Shown: piece by piece, positions 39,396 to 49,632 of the stretch
Position numbering within the stretch: position 1 is the stretch's first letter
Layout: each line of letters begins with the position of its first letter
Source of the DNA: Dehalococcoidia bacterium
GTDB lineage: Bacteria > Chloroflexota > Dehalococcoidia > UBA2979
DNA length: 64,000 nt
Reading direction: 5' to 3'
Assembly: GCA_965262725.1 (NCBI GenBank)
Contig: OZ253555.1
Span: 2,720,001 to 2,784,000 of the forward strand
Notes under the pieces: model-generated
Database searches by the model: none
What the model saw: only the letters and a program-made list of their open reading frames with translations
Told to the model about the DNA's origin: nothing
Translations under genes and position numbers: made by a program

Positions 39396-40657
39396 GAGAG
39401 ATCCGCAGCCGCGAGCTTCGCGTGCACCACCGAGGCGAGCTCCTCGCCGAGCCCCTCGAGCGGGATGCGCCGCGCGACCGACTCGAAGAAGCCGGCGACC
39501 AGGAGCTGTAGCGCCGTGCGCTCGTCGAGGCCGCGGCTCTGCAGGTAGAAGAGCGCCTCGCCGTCGACGGGGCCGACGGTCGCCCCATGTCCGCAGCGGA
39601 TCACCTCGGAGGTGAGGATCTCCAGCACCGGCTCGGAATCGGCCTTGGCGTGCCGGGAGAGCAGGAGATTTCGGTTCTGCTGCTCGGCGGCGGCACCGGC
39701 CGCGGTCTCCTCGACGCGGGTGACGCCGTAGTAGACGGAGCGCGAGCCGCCGGCGAGCGCCGCCTTGATTTCCACGTTGGAGGTGGTGCGCGGTCCCACG
39801 TGGTCCTGCAGCGTCATGAAGTCGAAGTGCTGCTCGCCGTCGCCCAGCGCCACGCCCCGGAAGTCGGAATGCGCGCCCTCACCGTCCAGCAGCGACTCGA
39901 GCGTCTGCTTGACGATGCGCCCGCCGATCGCGACGGTCGCCACCTCGACGGTGGCGCCGCGGCCGAGGCGCGAGCGAAGCGTCGTGAACTCGCTGGTCTG
40001 CGCGCCCCAGCCGCCGTCCAGCAGCAGACGCACCACGGCGTGATCGGCGCACGCGATCTCCGCGACCGCCGGGACAAGGAGCGGCCCGCCGCCCGAACGC
40101 AGGCGCAGGACGATCGTCGCCTCCGTCCTCTCCTCCGCGACTACAAGGATGCGCGGCAGCAGCGCGGTGGGGCCGCCGGCAGTCCCTCCCGGGGCGGAGA
40201 GCTCGACCACGATCGGGCGCTCCACGGCCGAGCCGCGCGGCAGGTGCACGAGTACGCCGGCGTTCCACCTCGCCGCATTGGCGGCGAGGAAGCGCCCCTC
40301 CGTGCTCGCCACGAGGCTGCCGAGGTGAGAGCGGACGACCTCGGCGCGGGAGTCAAGTGCCCCCGCGATCGAGCCCGCGTAGGCTCCCGGCGGGAGCTCG
40401 GCCTGGATGCGCAGCGCCGGCGGATCCGGGGCGTAGTCCTCGATCGCAAGCGAGCCGACGTCGGTGTAGCGCCACGGGCGCAGCGCCGGCGTGGGCATGG
40501 CGGTCGCGGCGAATGCGCGTGCGCCCTCGACGCGGCGGTCGATGAGCCACGGGGGCTCGGAGCCGCGACGCGCAGTGTCCACCACCTCCCCTTCGTCGTA
40601 CGGATTCGCGGCGACCGCGGCCGCGGCGCCCGCCGTTGGGGACTCCCTCTCCGCCAT
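39392..40657 (-). CDS. sufD: Fe-S cluster assembly protein SufD
   Basis: 'WRYTD', 'NRNLLLS', 'EPVLEI...RCGHGATVG', 'LFYLQSRG'; TGATG coupling with sufB. Confidence 0.9.
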   Translation of the reverse strand: MAERESPTAGAAAAVAANPYDEGEVVDTARRGSEPPWLIDRRVEGARAFAATAMPTPALRPWRYTDVGSLAIEDYAPDPPALRIQAELPPGAYAGSIAGALDSRAEVVRSHLGSLVASTEGRFLAANAARWNAGVLVHLPRGSAVERPIVVELSAPGGTAGGPTALLPRILVVAEERTEATIVLRLRSGGGPLLVPAVAEIACADHAVVRLLLDGGWGAQTSEFTTLRSRLGRGATVEVATVAIGGRIVKQTLESLLDGEGAHSDFRGVALGDGEQHFDFMTLQDHVGPRTTSNVEIKAALAGGSRSVYYGVTRVEETAAGAAAEQQNRNLLLSRHAKADSEPVLEILTSEVIRCGHGATVGPVDGEALFYLQSRGLDERTALQLLVAGFFESVARRIPLEGLGEELASVVHAKLAAADLS

Positions 40658-42075
40658 CAGCCGACCGACCCCTCCATCTGGAGCTCGATCAGGCGGTTGA
40701 GCTCGATGGCGTACTCCATCGGGAGCTCCTTGACGATCGGCTCGACGAAGCCGTTGACGACCATCTTGGCCGCCTCCTCCTCCGTGATGCCGCGCGACAT
40801 CAGGTAGAAGAGCTGGTCCTCGCCCAGCTTGGAGACAGAGGCCTCGTGCCCGATGTTCACGCGCTCCGCGTCCACCTCCATGGTGGGGTAGGTGTCGGAC
40901 CGCGAGAGCTCGTCGAGCAGCAGCGCGTCGCAGCGCACCGTCGAACTCGAGTCCTCGGCACCCTCGTGCACCTTCAGCAGGCCGCGGTAGGAGGTGCGGC
41001 CCGCGCCGCGCGAGACCGACTTCGAGACGACTGCCGACGTCGTCCGCGGCGCGACGTGCACGACCTTGCCACCGGCGTCCTGGTGCTGCCCGTCGCCAGC
41101 GAAGGCGAGCGAGAGGATCTCGCCGTGGGCGCCCGGCTCCATCAGGTAGACAGAGGGGTACTTCATCGTCAGCTTCGAACCGAGGTTGCCGTCCACCCAC
41201 TCCATCACCGCGTTCTCGTAGGCGGCAGCCCGCTTCGTGACGAGGTTATAGACGTTGTTCGACCAGTTCTGGATGGTCGTGTAGCGGACGCGCGCGTCCT
41301 TCTTGACGATGATCTCCACCACGGCAGAGTGCAGCGAGTCCGTGCTGTAAGTCGGCGCGGTACAGCCCTCAACGTAGTGCACGTAGGAGCCCTCGTCCGC
41401 GATGATCAGCGTTCGCTCGAACTGCCCCATGCTCTCCGTGTTGATGCGGAAGTATGCCTGCAGCGGGATGTCGATATGCACGCCCGGCGGGACGTAGATG
41501 AACGAGCCTCCCGACCACACCGCCGAGTTGAGGGCCGCGTAGCGGTTGTCGCCGGAGGGGATGAGGGTGCCGAAGTGCTCGCGCACGAGCTCCTCGTGCT
41601 CGGCGAGGCCCTGATCCATCCCGAGGAAGAGAACGCCCTTCTTCGCCAGGTCCTCACGGATGTTGTGGTAGACGACCTCGGAGTCGTACTGCGCACCGGC
41701 GCCTGCGAGGAACTGCTTCTCGGCCTCGGGGATACCGAGCTTGTCGAAGGTGTCCTTGATGTACTCGGGCACGTCGTCCCAGTTCGTGGAGTCACGGTCG
41801 GTCGCGCGCACGTAGTAGTGGATCTTGTCGAAGTCGATCGCCGCCAGGAGTTCGGCGCTCCCGGCCCACGTCGGGTCGTCCTTCTCGCAGAACGTGCGGT
41901 AGGCGTCGACGCGATACTCGGTCATCCACGCCGGCTCGTTCTTGTGCGCGGAGATCTCGCGCACGAGCTCCTCGGAGAGGCCGGGCTCAGCGATGAAGAG
42001 CGGCTTCTCGTCGTCGTGGAAGCCCCACTTGTACTCGCCGACGACGTCACGGACGCGCGGATTCACGGTGGTCAC
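40657..42075 (-). CDS. sufB: Fe-S cluster assembly protein SufB
   Basis: 'YKWGF', 'AQYDSEVVY', 'GQFERTLII', 'YVEGCTAP', 'HEASVSK', 'ELPMEYA'. Confidence 0.97.
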   Translation of the reverse strand: MTTVNPRVRDVVGEYKWGFHDDEKPLFIAEPGLSEELVREISAHKNEPAWMTEYRVDAYRTFCEKDDPTWAGSAELLAAIDFDKIHYYVRATDRDSTNWDDVPEYIKDTFDKLGIPEAEKQFLAGAGAQYDSEVVYHNIREDLAKKGVLFLGMDQGLAEHEELVREHFGTLIPSGDNRYAALNSAVWSGGSFIYVPPGVHIDIPLQAYFRINTESMGQFERTLIIADEGSYVHYVEGCTAPTYSTDSLHSAVVEIIVKKDARVRYTTIQNWSNNVYNLVTKRAAAYENAVMEWVDGNLGSKLTMKYPSVYLMEPGAHGEILSLAFAGDGQHQDAGGKVVHVAPRTTSAVVSKSVSRGAGRTSYRGLLKVHEGAEDSSSTVRCDALLLDELSRSDTYPTMEVDAERVNIGHEASVSKLGEDQLFYLMSRGITEEEAAKMVVNGFVEPIVKELPMEYAIELNRLIELQMEGSVG

Positions 42076-42887
42076 TTGTCATCTCCTGCCATCACGGCCA
42101 CCGGGGTGGCCTCCTCGCCGAACTCTTGGAGAATGGGGTCGTAGCCGTCTGCCTCGATGCGCTTGGCGAGCGAGGCATCGCCCGAGCGGACGATACGGCC
42201 GCCGAGCAGCACGTGCACGAAGTCCGGCGTGACGTAGTTCAGGATCCGCTCGTAGTGGGTGATGATGAGGACGCCGATCTCCGGCGTGCGCAGGGCATTG
42301 ATCCCCTCCGCCACCGTCCGCAGTGCGTCGACATCGAGGCCCGAGTCGGTCTCGTCGAGGATGGCGAGCGTCGGCTTGAGCATGCCCAGCTGGAGGATCT
42401 CGGCGCGCTTCTTCTCGCCGCCGGAGAAGCCGTCGTTCACGTAGCGCCGCGCGAAGGACTCGTCCATTTTGAGCGTGGCCAGCATCTCGCGCAGCTCCGC
42501 CAGGAACTCGCGCGCCGACGGCTCGGCGCCGCGGCGCGCCTTCATGGAGGCCCGAAGCAGGTTGACCATGGTCACGCCGGGGATCACTGTCGGGTACTGG
42601 AAAGAGAGGAAGAGCCCGCGGCGGGCGCGCTCGTCGGCCGAGAGTTTCGTAATGTCCGCGCCGTGGAAGAAGACGCGCCCCTCGTCCACGACGTAAGCCG
42701 GGCTGCCGGCGATGGCGTTGGCGAGCGTGCTCTTGCCGGATCCGTTCGGTCCCATCAGCGCATGCACTTCGCCAGCGCGCACGGCGAGTTCGACGCCCCG
42801 CACGATCTGCAACTCCGGCCGACCGGCGATGCTGACCCTCAGTCCCCGAACGTCCAGGATCGGCGACTCCGTCGCTCGCTCGCTCAT
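42072..42887 (-). CDS. sufC: Fe-S cluster assembly ATPase SufC
   Basis: '[11 protein letters not shown]', 'FSGGEKKR', 'LDETDSGLD', 'ITHY'. Confidence 0.97.
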   Translation of the reverse strand: MSERATESPILDVRGLRVSIAGRPELQIVRGVELAVRAGEVHALMGPNGSGKSTLANAIAGSPAYVVDEGRVFFHGADITKLSADERARRGLFLSFQYPTVIPGVTMVNLLRASMKARRGAEPSAREFLAELREMLATLKMDESFARRYVNDGFSGGEKKRAEILQLGMLKPTLAILDETDSGLDVDALRTVAEGINALRTPEIGVLIITHYERILNYVTPDFVHVLLGGRIVRSGDASLAKRIEADGYDPILQEFGEEATPVAVMAGDDK

Positions 42888-42942
42888 CGTGGCTCTCGAC
42901 CTCCTCCGCGCCGGCCGGCGCCGGTTCCCATCCCGTTCACCC

Positions 42943-43623
42943 TCACGCGATCACGCGCCGGGCGGTGCCCGGCGTCTCCCCGAGCGCACCCTTTGCCACC
43001 ACGTACTCGCAGACCGAGGCGCCCTGCGCCACGGTGCTTACCTGCTCGACCGGTGCGTCGAGCAACAGCTCGATGGTGCGGCGATCGGCCTCGCAGGCGG
43101 CGTGCGTCTCCGCCGCCGCGGACCGGTAGGGGCAGCTCAGGTTTCGCAGGCGGAAGAGCCCGTCCTCCTCCGCGGCGTCGTGGAGTATCCCCTCCTCGCA
43201 CAGTGTCGCGGTGACCTCCCGTACGCGCTCGCCAAGCTCCCTGGCGGTGACGCGCGGGCGGTGCTCCTGCGCCACCTCCTCCGCCACCCGGTGGAAGACG
43301 CGGTCCAGCACCGCGGATCCGTCGGAGCCGGCGATCTCGGCCGCCTCCAGGCCGGCAAGCGCCGGGTAGATCCGCTCCAGGAGCCGCGAGTAGCTCGGTG
43401 CGCCGGAGCGCTCCTCGCCTTCCCTCGAGAGCGAGTAGCGGGTGACCGGCCGACCCCGGGGCTGGCGCTCGAACTCCGCGCCGAGCAGGCCGTCGGCGAG
43501 CAGGATGTCGACGTGGCGGCGCACGGAGCCGACCGAGAGACCGAGTGCCTTCGCGAGGTCGCCGGCGGAGCGCCGGGGGTGCTCCGCGAGCAGGCGCACG
43601 ATGGTGTCACGGGTGGTTTCCAT
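42943..43623 (-). CDS. sufR: SufR-type transcriptional regulator
   Basis: wHTH 'VRRHVDIL', 'RGRP', C-x12-C-x27-C; first gene of the suf operon; GGAGGTG upstream. Confidence 0.85.
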   Translation of the reverse strand: METTRDTIVRLLAEHPRRSAGDLAKALGLSVGSVRRHVDILLADGLLGAEFERQPRGRPVTRYSLSREGEERSGAPSYSRLLERIYPALAGLEAAEIAGSDGSAVLDRVFHRVAEEVAQEHRPRVTARELGERVREVTATLCEEGILHDAAEEDGLFRLRNLSCPYRSAAAETHAACEADRRTIELLLDAPVEQVSTVAQGASVCEYVVAKGALGETPGTARRVIA

Positions 43624-43697
43624 CTGCTCGGCGTCACCTCCGGAACGGATGCGCGGAACGGTTGCGGGCCCCGCAACCGCGACGCCCACTTGGTTCC

Positions 43698-43758
43698 ATT
43701 ATCCGGCACCGCTCGGCAATGTCAATGAAACTTACATTTTTACGTATATAATTGCCGA
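43698..43758 (-). promoter_or_regulatory. sigma70 promoter of the suf operon with inverted repeat
   Basis: TTGACA(43725-43720)-16 nt-GATAAT(43703-43698); TCGGCAAT-N30-ATTGCCGA; AT-rich island. Confidence 0.7.
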
Positions 43759-43872
43759 AATTACCGCGGAGCGCCCTCCCGCGCCAACTCCCGCCGTCTC
43801 CGGGCACGGGAGCCGATCGCGAGCGCGCTCTCCGAGTGCACGGCTCGGCATCGTTCGCTAGCATCGCCCCGC

Positions 43873-44709
43873 GTGAACGCTGCCTCCCTCCCCTACACCC
43901 TCGAGCTACTGCTCGCCGAGCTTGCCGTCGGCACGCTCGCGGCGGTCACGCTCTTCGACGCGCGCCGATCCGTCACCGCCGGATACGTGAAGACCGGAGC
44001 CGTCATGGTGAGCGCGCTCGCGGCGCTCGCCCTCTGGGTCGCGTTCGCGGGTATCGCCCCCGACGGCGAGATCGAGGGCTACGCCCTGAGCCCCGGATGG
44101 CTTACTCCCTTCCGGGCGGCGCTCGGCGCCTTCGCGGCGCTTTCGGCCCTCAACGCCTGCGCGAGCCTCACCGAGCGACGCCGCGCATCGCTGTGGACAG
44201 GGACACTCGGATCGATCATCGGGGCGGGCGCCCTCGCCGCCTTCGCCGCGGTGGTGGCACCGCCGGCGTGGTCCTACCCCGGCGTCGTCGCGAGCACGCT
44301 CGCCTCGGCCGCCGCGCTCGGCGGAGCGCTCGCGGCGATGACGTGGGGCCACTGGTACCTGACGAATTCCGGCCTACCGAAACGACCCCTCGAGGAGATG
44401 TCTCTGCTCCTGCTTGCAGCGCTCGGGGCGCAGCTCGCGCTCGTCGTCGTGGCGCTCGTGGCTCCTGTGCGCGCCGTGCCGTTCACCGACTCGGCCTTCG
44501 GCCTCGAGCTCGAAGCAAACCCCGCGCTCTGGCTGCGGGTCGCCGTCGGCGTGATCTTCCCCGGCCTCCTCGCATCGCTCGCGTGGCGGGCCGCCGCCAT
44601 CCGCGGAATGATGTCGGCGACCGGACTGCTCTACATCGCCTTGGGCGCAGTGCTTGCCGGCGCGGTGCTGGCGCGCGGCCTTCTCTTCTCGACCGGGGCG
44701 GCGGTCTAG
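43873..44709 (+). CDS. Uncharacterised polytopic membrane protein with GHWYL motif
   Basis: About 8 hydrophobic segments; 'MTWGHWYL', 'SATGLLYIA'; TAGCAT 8 nt upstream of GTG. Confidence 0.75.
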   Translation: MNAASLPYTLELLLAELAVGTLAAVTLFDARRSVTAGYVKTGAVMVSALAALALWVAFAGIAPDGEIEGYALSPGWLTPFRAALGAFAALSALNACASLTERRRASLWTGTLGSIIGAGALAAFAAVVAPPAWSYPGVVASTLASAAALGGALAAMTWGHWYLTNSGLPKRPLEEMSLLLLAALGAQLALVVVALVAPVRAVPFTDSAFGLELEANPALWLRVAVGVIFPGLLASLAWRAAAIRGMMSATGLLYIALGAVLAGAVLARGLLFSTGAAV

Positions 44710-44713
44710 CAAG

Positions 44714-45871
44714 GTGCACCCGACGCCAGGGCCCGCTGCGGCGAGGCGCGAGGGGCGCGTCGGCCGCCCGCGGCGACTGACGCGCCCCTGCATCCCAATC
44801 CCCGCTCTCCGCGCCGCTGCCGTCTCCGGCCTCGTGCTCCTCATCGCGGCCTGCGGCTCGGGCGGAGCGGTGGAGATCGCGCTGCTCGCGCCGACGCCCA
44901 CCCCCGCCCCGACGGTGGCCGCCACGCCGACCCCTACGCTCGTGCCGGAGCCGCGCGCGGTGACGATCGGGCTCGTCGGTGACCTCATGTTCGCGCGCGA
45001 CGTGGTCACACTCATGCAACGGCACGGCAACGGCTATCCGTTCGAGCGCGTGATGCCCCTCTTCGCGGATGTCGACCTGCTCATCGGCAACCTCGAAGGC
45101 ACCTTCACCGCCCGCGGCCAGCGCCTGAACAAGTACTACACGTTCCGCGCGCCGCCCGAGCTCGCCGCCGGGTTGCGCGATGCCGGCTTCGACGCCGTTT
45201 CCCTCGCCAACAACCACGCGCTCGACTTCGGTCCCATCAGCCTCGACGACACGCGCCAGGCCCTCGATGCGGTCGGCGTGAGCTACTTCGGCGCCGGCGA
45301 GGATGCGGCCACGGCGGCCAGGCCGCTCATTCTCGAGGCTGGCGGCCTGCGGCTCGCGGTGCTCGGATTCAGCGCCGTGCGCTCATCGGTCTTCGCCGGG
45401 ATCTCCGAGCCCGGCGTCGCGCGGGCGAGCGTCGAGGCGGTCGAGGCCGCCGTCGCGGCGGCCGAGCGCGAGGCCGACTTCGTGGTCGTGGTTTTTCACT
45501 TCGGCCGCGAGTACGACCCGCTCCCGACCGCCGAGCAGCGTGCGCTCGCCCACGCCGCCGCCGACTCGGGGGCCGTGCTCGTCGCCGGTCACCACGCGCA
45601 CACCCTCCAGCCATGGGAGCGCCGCGGAGAGGCCCTCATCATCTACGGCCTCGGCAACTTCGTCTTCGACCTCGATCGCGACGACCTCCGGACGCTCGGC
45701 GAGGGGCCGTTTGCGACCACGGTCGCCGTCGTCCACCTCTCAGACGGCGGGCCGCCGCGCGTCGACTTCCGCCCCGCCTACATCGACCCCGACGAGAACC
45801 GGCCCCGCCTCGCCTCCGAGAGCGAGGCCACGCGCATCCGCACAGCGCTGCGCGAGATGAACACCGAGTAG
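44714..45871 (+). CDS. CapA/PGA_cap metallophosphatase-fold lipoprotein (start uncertain)
   Basis: 'VGDLMF', 'GNLEG', 'SLANNHALDFG', 'FHFG.EY', 'GHHAH', 'YGLGNFVFD'; lipobox 'IAAC' then a PT-rich linker. Confidence 0.88.
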   Translation: MHPTPGPAAARREGRVGRPRRLTRPCIPIPALRAAAVSGLVLLIAACGSGGAVEIALLAPTPTPAPTVAATPTPTLVPEPRAVTIGLVGDLMFARDVVTLMQRHGNGYPFERVMPLFADVDLLIGNLEGTFTARGQRLNKYYTFRAPPELAAGLRDAGFDAVSLANNHALDFGPISLDDTRQALDAVGVSYFGAGEDAATAARPLILEAGGLRLAVLGFSAVRSSVFAGISEPGVARASVEAVEAAVAAAEREADFVVVVFHFGREYDPLPTAEQRALAHAAADSGAVLVAGHHAHTLQPWERRGEALIIYGLGNFVFDLDRDDLRTLGEGPFATTVAVVHLSDGGPPRVDFRPAYIDPDENRPRLASESEATRIRTALREMNTE

Positions 45872-45891
45872 CGGGCCGACCGCTCCGCGTC

Positions 45892-46560
45892 TCAGTCCGC
45901 GTACCCCCCGGCCGCCCGCCATGGTGCCCAGCCCGCGAGGAGGCCCACCCCGGCGACGGTGAGCCAGAGGAGAAAGGCGATGCCGCTGACCCGGTGCACG
46001 GCGGTCGCAGCGTCGATCCAGATGAACTGCATCGCGATGCCGACGGCGCCCGTGGCCACGGCGAGCAGGAGCAGCGCCGCCGGCCACCGCCTCTGCCCGG
46101 CCGCGATCGCGATGAGCGCCAGTCCCGCCGCCGCGAAGCCGGCCGCGCCCGTCAGCCACCGCACGCCGTCCACGCGCCCGGCCCAGTGGGCGAGCGCATC
46201 GCTGCTCGCCGGATCGACCCCGGCGAAGGCTGCGCCGAGAACCACCGCACAGGCTCCAGACAGGGCCGTGAGCAGCCCCGACAGCGCAAACACCGCCGGC
46301 ACCGTGCGGCCCGGCGCCACCACGGCGCGCCCCAGGAACCACGCAGCGAGGAGAAGCGTGAATCCGGACGCGAAGCGAGTCGCGCCGGCCGCCAGGTAGG
46401 GCCACCTGTTCTCCGCTACCGCGGCAAGGGAGGCGGCGAGCGTCGGCTCGTCGGCGGAGGCGGCGACCCGAAAGACCACGGAGATCGCGGTGAAGAGAGC
46501 CGTGGCCACAAAGAGCGCCGCTGCGGCCGTGAGACCCGGAAGCACCATGAGTCGCCGCAT
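45892..46560 (-). CDS. Hypothetical membrane protein
   Basis: About 6 hydrophobic segments; divergent from the ECF sigma gene. Confidence 0.6.
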   Translation of the reverse strand: MRRLMVLPGLTAAAALFVATALFTAISVVFRVAASADEPTLAASLAAVAENRWPYLAAGATRFASGFTLLLAAWFLGRAVVAPGRTVPAVFALSGLLTALSGACAVVLGAAFAGVDPASSDALAHWAGRVDGVRWLTGAAGFAAAGLALIAIAAGQRRWPAALLLLAVATGAVGIAMQFIWIDAATAVHRVSGIAFLLWLTVAGVGLLAGWAPWRAAGGYAD

Positions 46561-46701
46561 CGAGGGCTCATCGAGCCATCCGACCTGGTGCACGGTCACC
46601 TCCGCCGGGGGGGAGGGGGACCCGCTCCCCCTCGCTGACGGGGAGGGCGGGCGTTGACGGGGTAGCCTATCATCGACCGCCATCCCGATCGGAGGCTGCC
46701 G

Positions 46702-47433
46702 ATGACGGGACGGCCCGATCCCCGCCCTGTGTCCCCCGAGCCGCCGATCCTGACCACGGTGGGCACGGCCGCGCCCGAAACGGCTCCCGGAGACGGCCGG
46801 GAGCAGGCGCCGCGCGGGGGCAAGGGCCCCAGCGACGAGGCTCTCATGTTCGGCCTCGTGAGCCGCGATGTCGGGGCGCTTGAGACGCTCTACGACCGCT
46901 ACTCCACGCTCGTCTACTCGGTGGCCCTGCGCGTCCTCGCCGATCGCGGCCTCGCGGAGGACATCGTGCAGGAGGTGTTCCTGCAGCTCTGGCGCCGGCC
47001 CAATTCCTACGACGCCGCTCACGGGCGCTTCGTTGCCTGGCTCGCGTCGGTGGCGAGGAATCGCTCGATCGATGAGCTGAGGCGCCGGTCACGGCGGATG
47101 CGGATCGAGGAACCGGGCGAGGACACATCGGAGCAGATCCCCACCCAGGACCGGACGGCGGACCCCCAGCAGGAGGCCGTGCTCGGGGAGGAGCGCGCGG
47201 CGGTGCGGGCGGCGATGGACGCGCTGCCGCCCGAGCAGCGCCGCGTGCTGCAACTCGCCTACTTCGGGGGACTGACGCAGGTGGAGATCGCCCGCTACAC
47301 CGGGTACCCCCTGGGAACCGTGAAGACCCGCGTGCGCCTGGGGATGCAGAAGCTTCGTCTCCTGCTCTCCGACACGTGGAAGATGCGCGAGGGCGACTAC
47401 GAGCCCGCCCGCGCGGGGAGGGGGCGATCGTGA
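46702..47433 (+). CDS. ECF RNA polymerase sigma factor (SigK-like)
   Basis: 'LYDRY', 'AEDIVQEVFL', 'ARNRSID', 'AYFGGLTQ.EIA', 'PLGTVKTRVRLG'. Confidence 0.93.
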   Translation: MTGRPDPRPVSPEPPILTTVGTAAPETAPGDGREQAPRGGKGPSDEALMFGLVSRDVGALETLYDRYSTLVYSVALRVLADRGLAEDIVQEVFLQLWRRPNSYDAAHGRFVAWLASVARNRSIDELRRRSRRMRIEEPGEDTSEQIPTQDRTADPQQEAVLGEERAAVRAAMDALPPEQRRVLQLAYFGGLTQVEIARYTGYPLGTVKTRVRLGMQKLRLLLSDTWKMREGDYEPARAGRGRS

Positions 47434-48272
47434 CGCCGGAGGAGCGCCAGGAACTGCTGGCGGGCTATGCCCTCGGCTCGCTGAGCGAGCCGGACGCGCG
47501 CGCGTCGGAGCGGCTCGTCCGCTCCGACGCCAATGCCGCGACCGAGCTCGCCTCCTACCACGAGATCGTCGACCTGATCGCGCTCTCCACACCGCTGCGC
47601 CGCGCCGATCCGACCCTGCGCACCCGGGTCCTGCGCGCCGCACGGGGCGACGCCCGGGGCGAGCGGATCTGGCCGCGTGCCAGGCGGCGCATGGCCGCCT
47701 CGGCGGGGTGGGCGGCGGCCGTCGCCGCCGTCGTGGCCGCCGCCGTGTGGATCAGCGATCTGCAGAGCGACATCGACCAGCTGCGTGAGGAGTCGGCCTC
47801 ACTCACCGTCGTCCTCCAGGCGACCGCCAAACAGGTCGCCACGCTCTCCGCCGTGAACGCAGGGTCCGCGACGTCGCGAACGAGCGCCGTCCAGCTCCAG
47901 CAGGAGCTCGTGCAAACGATCACCGAGATCAGCAACGATCCCGATGCCAACACCACCGTGCTCACGTCGGAGGCGGCCGGCGCGGCGGCGAGCGGACACT
48001 ACCTCTACAGCGAGAGTGCCGAGGCGGGTCTGCTCATCGTCTCCGGCCTGCCGCCTCTCCCGCTCGGCACGGTCTACCAGGTCTGGCTGGAGGACTCACT
48101 GCGCGCCGTGTCGGGGGGCGTCTTCACGGCCGACGCGAACGGCGACGCGACGGTGCTCGTCGAGACCGAGGCGCAGCTGCTGCCCCGGAGCATCTCCGTC
48201 CGGGTCGCGCAGGAAGGCGGCGACGTGACGCCGGAGGGCCTGCTAATCCTGAGTGGCGAGATCGCGCCCTAG
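47430..48272 (+). CDS. Anti-sigma factor (RskA-like)
   Basis: 'ELLAGYALG', one TM helix, 'LPP...VYQVWL...SGGVF'; GTG overlaps the sigma stop. Confidence 0.85.
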   Translation: MTPEERQELLAGYALGSLSEPDARASERLVRSDANAATELASYHEIVDLIALSTPLRRADPTLRTRVLRAARGDARGERIWPRARRRMAASAGWAAAVAAVVAAAVWISDLQSDIDQLREESASLTVVLQATAKQVATLSAVNAGSATSRTSAVQLQQELVQTITEISNDPDANTTVLTSEAAGAAASGHYLYSESAEAGLLIVSGLPPLPLGTVYQVWLEDSLRAVSGGVFTADANGDATVLVETEAQLLPRSISVRVAQEGGDVTPEGLLILSGEIAP

Positions 48273-48321
48273 AGACCCGATGCCGGCCCGGCCGGGGAGG
48301 CGTGGTCGCGCGCGGCCACGC

Positions 48322-49530
48322 CTAGGACCCTGGCTCCTCCGCCGGCGCGACGCCGGCACCGGCCGCCTGCGGGGCGGCGGGTTCCCCGGCGTCGGGCGGC
48401 TCCGACTCGCCCGCACGCAGCAACCGGCGCCCGATGCTCGTTCGGCGCAGCGCCTCCTCCGGCGTCGCGCCGGTGAGGCGGTGATCGACGTACCAGAAGA
48501 GCTCGCGCAGGATGGCGCTGAGCGGGACGACGACGATCAGCCCGATGAAGCCGAAGACCGAGCCACCCACGACCAGGAGCAAGATGATCATCGCCGGATG
48601 CAGGTCGAGCGCATAGCCGTGCACGCGCGGCACGAGCAGGTTGTTCTCGAGTTGCTGCACGGCGACGTAGAGCAGCACCACCCAGGGGAGGAGCTCCGGC
48701 TCCGTCGCGGCGACGATGACGACCGCCGGGACGGCGCCCAGCCATGGCCCGATGATCGGGATCAGCTCCGTCACGCCCGCGAAGAGAGCCAGGGCGAGCG
48801 AGAGTTCGACGCCCATCAGCGTCAGCCCGAGGCCGACCGCGACCCCGACCACGACGCCGAGCACGATCTGCCCGCGAATGTAGCGTCCGATCAGCCGGTC
48901 CACCATCAGCAGCACGTTCGAGGAGTCCGTCTGCGCGCGAGCGGGAATCGACTGCAGGAAATTCTGGGCCGCGAAGTGCCGGTCGCGCAGCACGTAGAAC
49001 ATCCAGAACGGGATCGCGAGGAAGCCGATCAGGAGACCCAACGTTCCGGTCAGCCACGTGATCGAACCGCGGACGGTCGCGGCGATGCCGCTCGCGAAGG
49101 AGTCGGTCCACTCCTCCGCGTAGCCGCCGATGCGCTCCTGCGCGGCGGGAGGCACCCGGGAGTGGTACTCGCGCAACAGATCGTTGAGCTCGTTCCGTGC
49201 CCCGGTGATGAGCTCGGGAAGCTCGTCGACGAAGCGCGCGATCTGATCGGCCGCCACGGGCACCAGCGCGAAACTGAGACCGAAGAACATAAGGCCGATC
49301 ACGACGTAGAGGACGAGCACCGCGACGCCGCGGCGCAAGACATCCCCGCGGTGGCTCCTCACCGTAACCAGCGAGGCCAGCCGATCGACCACGGGCGTGA
49401 GCATGTAGACGGCGATCCCGCCGAGGGCGAAGGGGAGCAGCGCAAACCGCGCCTGCCACGCGATGTACGCGGCAACGACCAGCACCACCACCCTGAGCAC
49501 CACGCGTGCTCGCCAGAGCGTCACGGGCAC
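48322..49530 (-). CDS. AI-2E family transporter
   Basis: 'FYVLRD', 'YIRGQ', 'ELIPIIGP', 'QQLENNLLVP', 'LHPA'. Confidence 0.9.
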   Translation of the reverse strand: MPVTLWRARVVLRVVVLVVAAYIAWQARFALLPFALGGIAVYMLTPVVDRLASLVTVRSHRGDVLRRGVAVLVLYVVIGLMFFGLSFALVPVAADQIARFVDELPELITGARNELNDLLREYHSRVPPAAQERIGGYAEEWTDSFASGIAATVRGSITWLTGTLGLLIGFLAIPFWMFYVLRDRHFAAQNFLQSIPARAQTDSSNVLLMVDRLIGRYIRGQIVLGVVVGVAVGLGLTLMGVELSLALALFAGVTELIPIIGPWLGAVPAVVIVAATEPELLPWVVLLYVAVQQLENNLLVPRVHGYALDLHPAMIILLLVVGGSVFGFIGLIVVVPLSAILRELFWYVDHRLTGATPEEALRRTSIGRRLLRAGESEPPDAGEPAAPQAAGAGVAPAEEPGS

Positions 49531-49632
49531 ATTGTGACGGCTGGCCCCGTCGATTGACAGGGAGCCGAAACCGCTATCAGCATCGAGGACGGAACCGGCC
49601 GGCGTCGGCCCAGAGTTCGAGAGGTCACCGCG

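Noticed and set aside
39392-41200. 602-aa extended SufD
   Set aside because: The extension overlaps sufB in another frame; the coupled ATG at 40657 is the sensible start
46680-46704. SigK-like promoter CCATCC...CCGAT before the ECF sigma gene
   Set aside because: The 13-nt spacer is too short and the -10 overlaps the start codon
49565-49580. Possible Fur box upstream of fur
   Set aside because: Only one half-site (TGATA on minus) matches the 7-1-7 consensus
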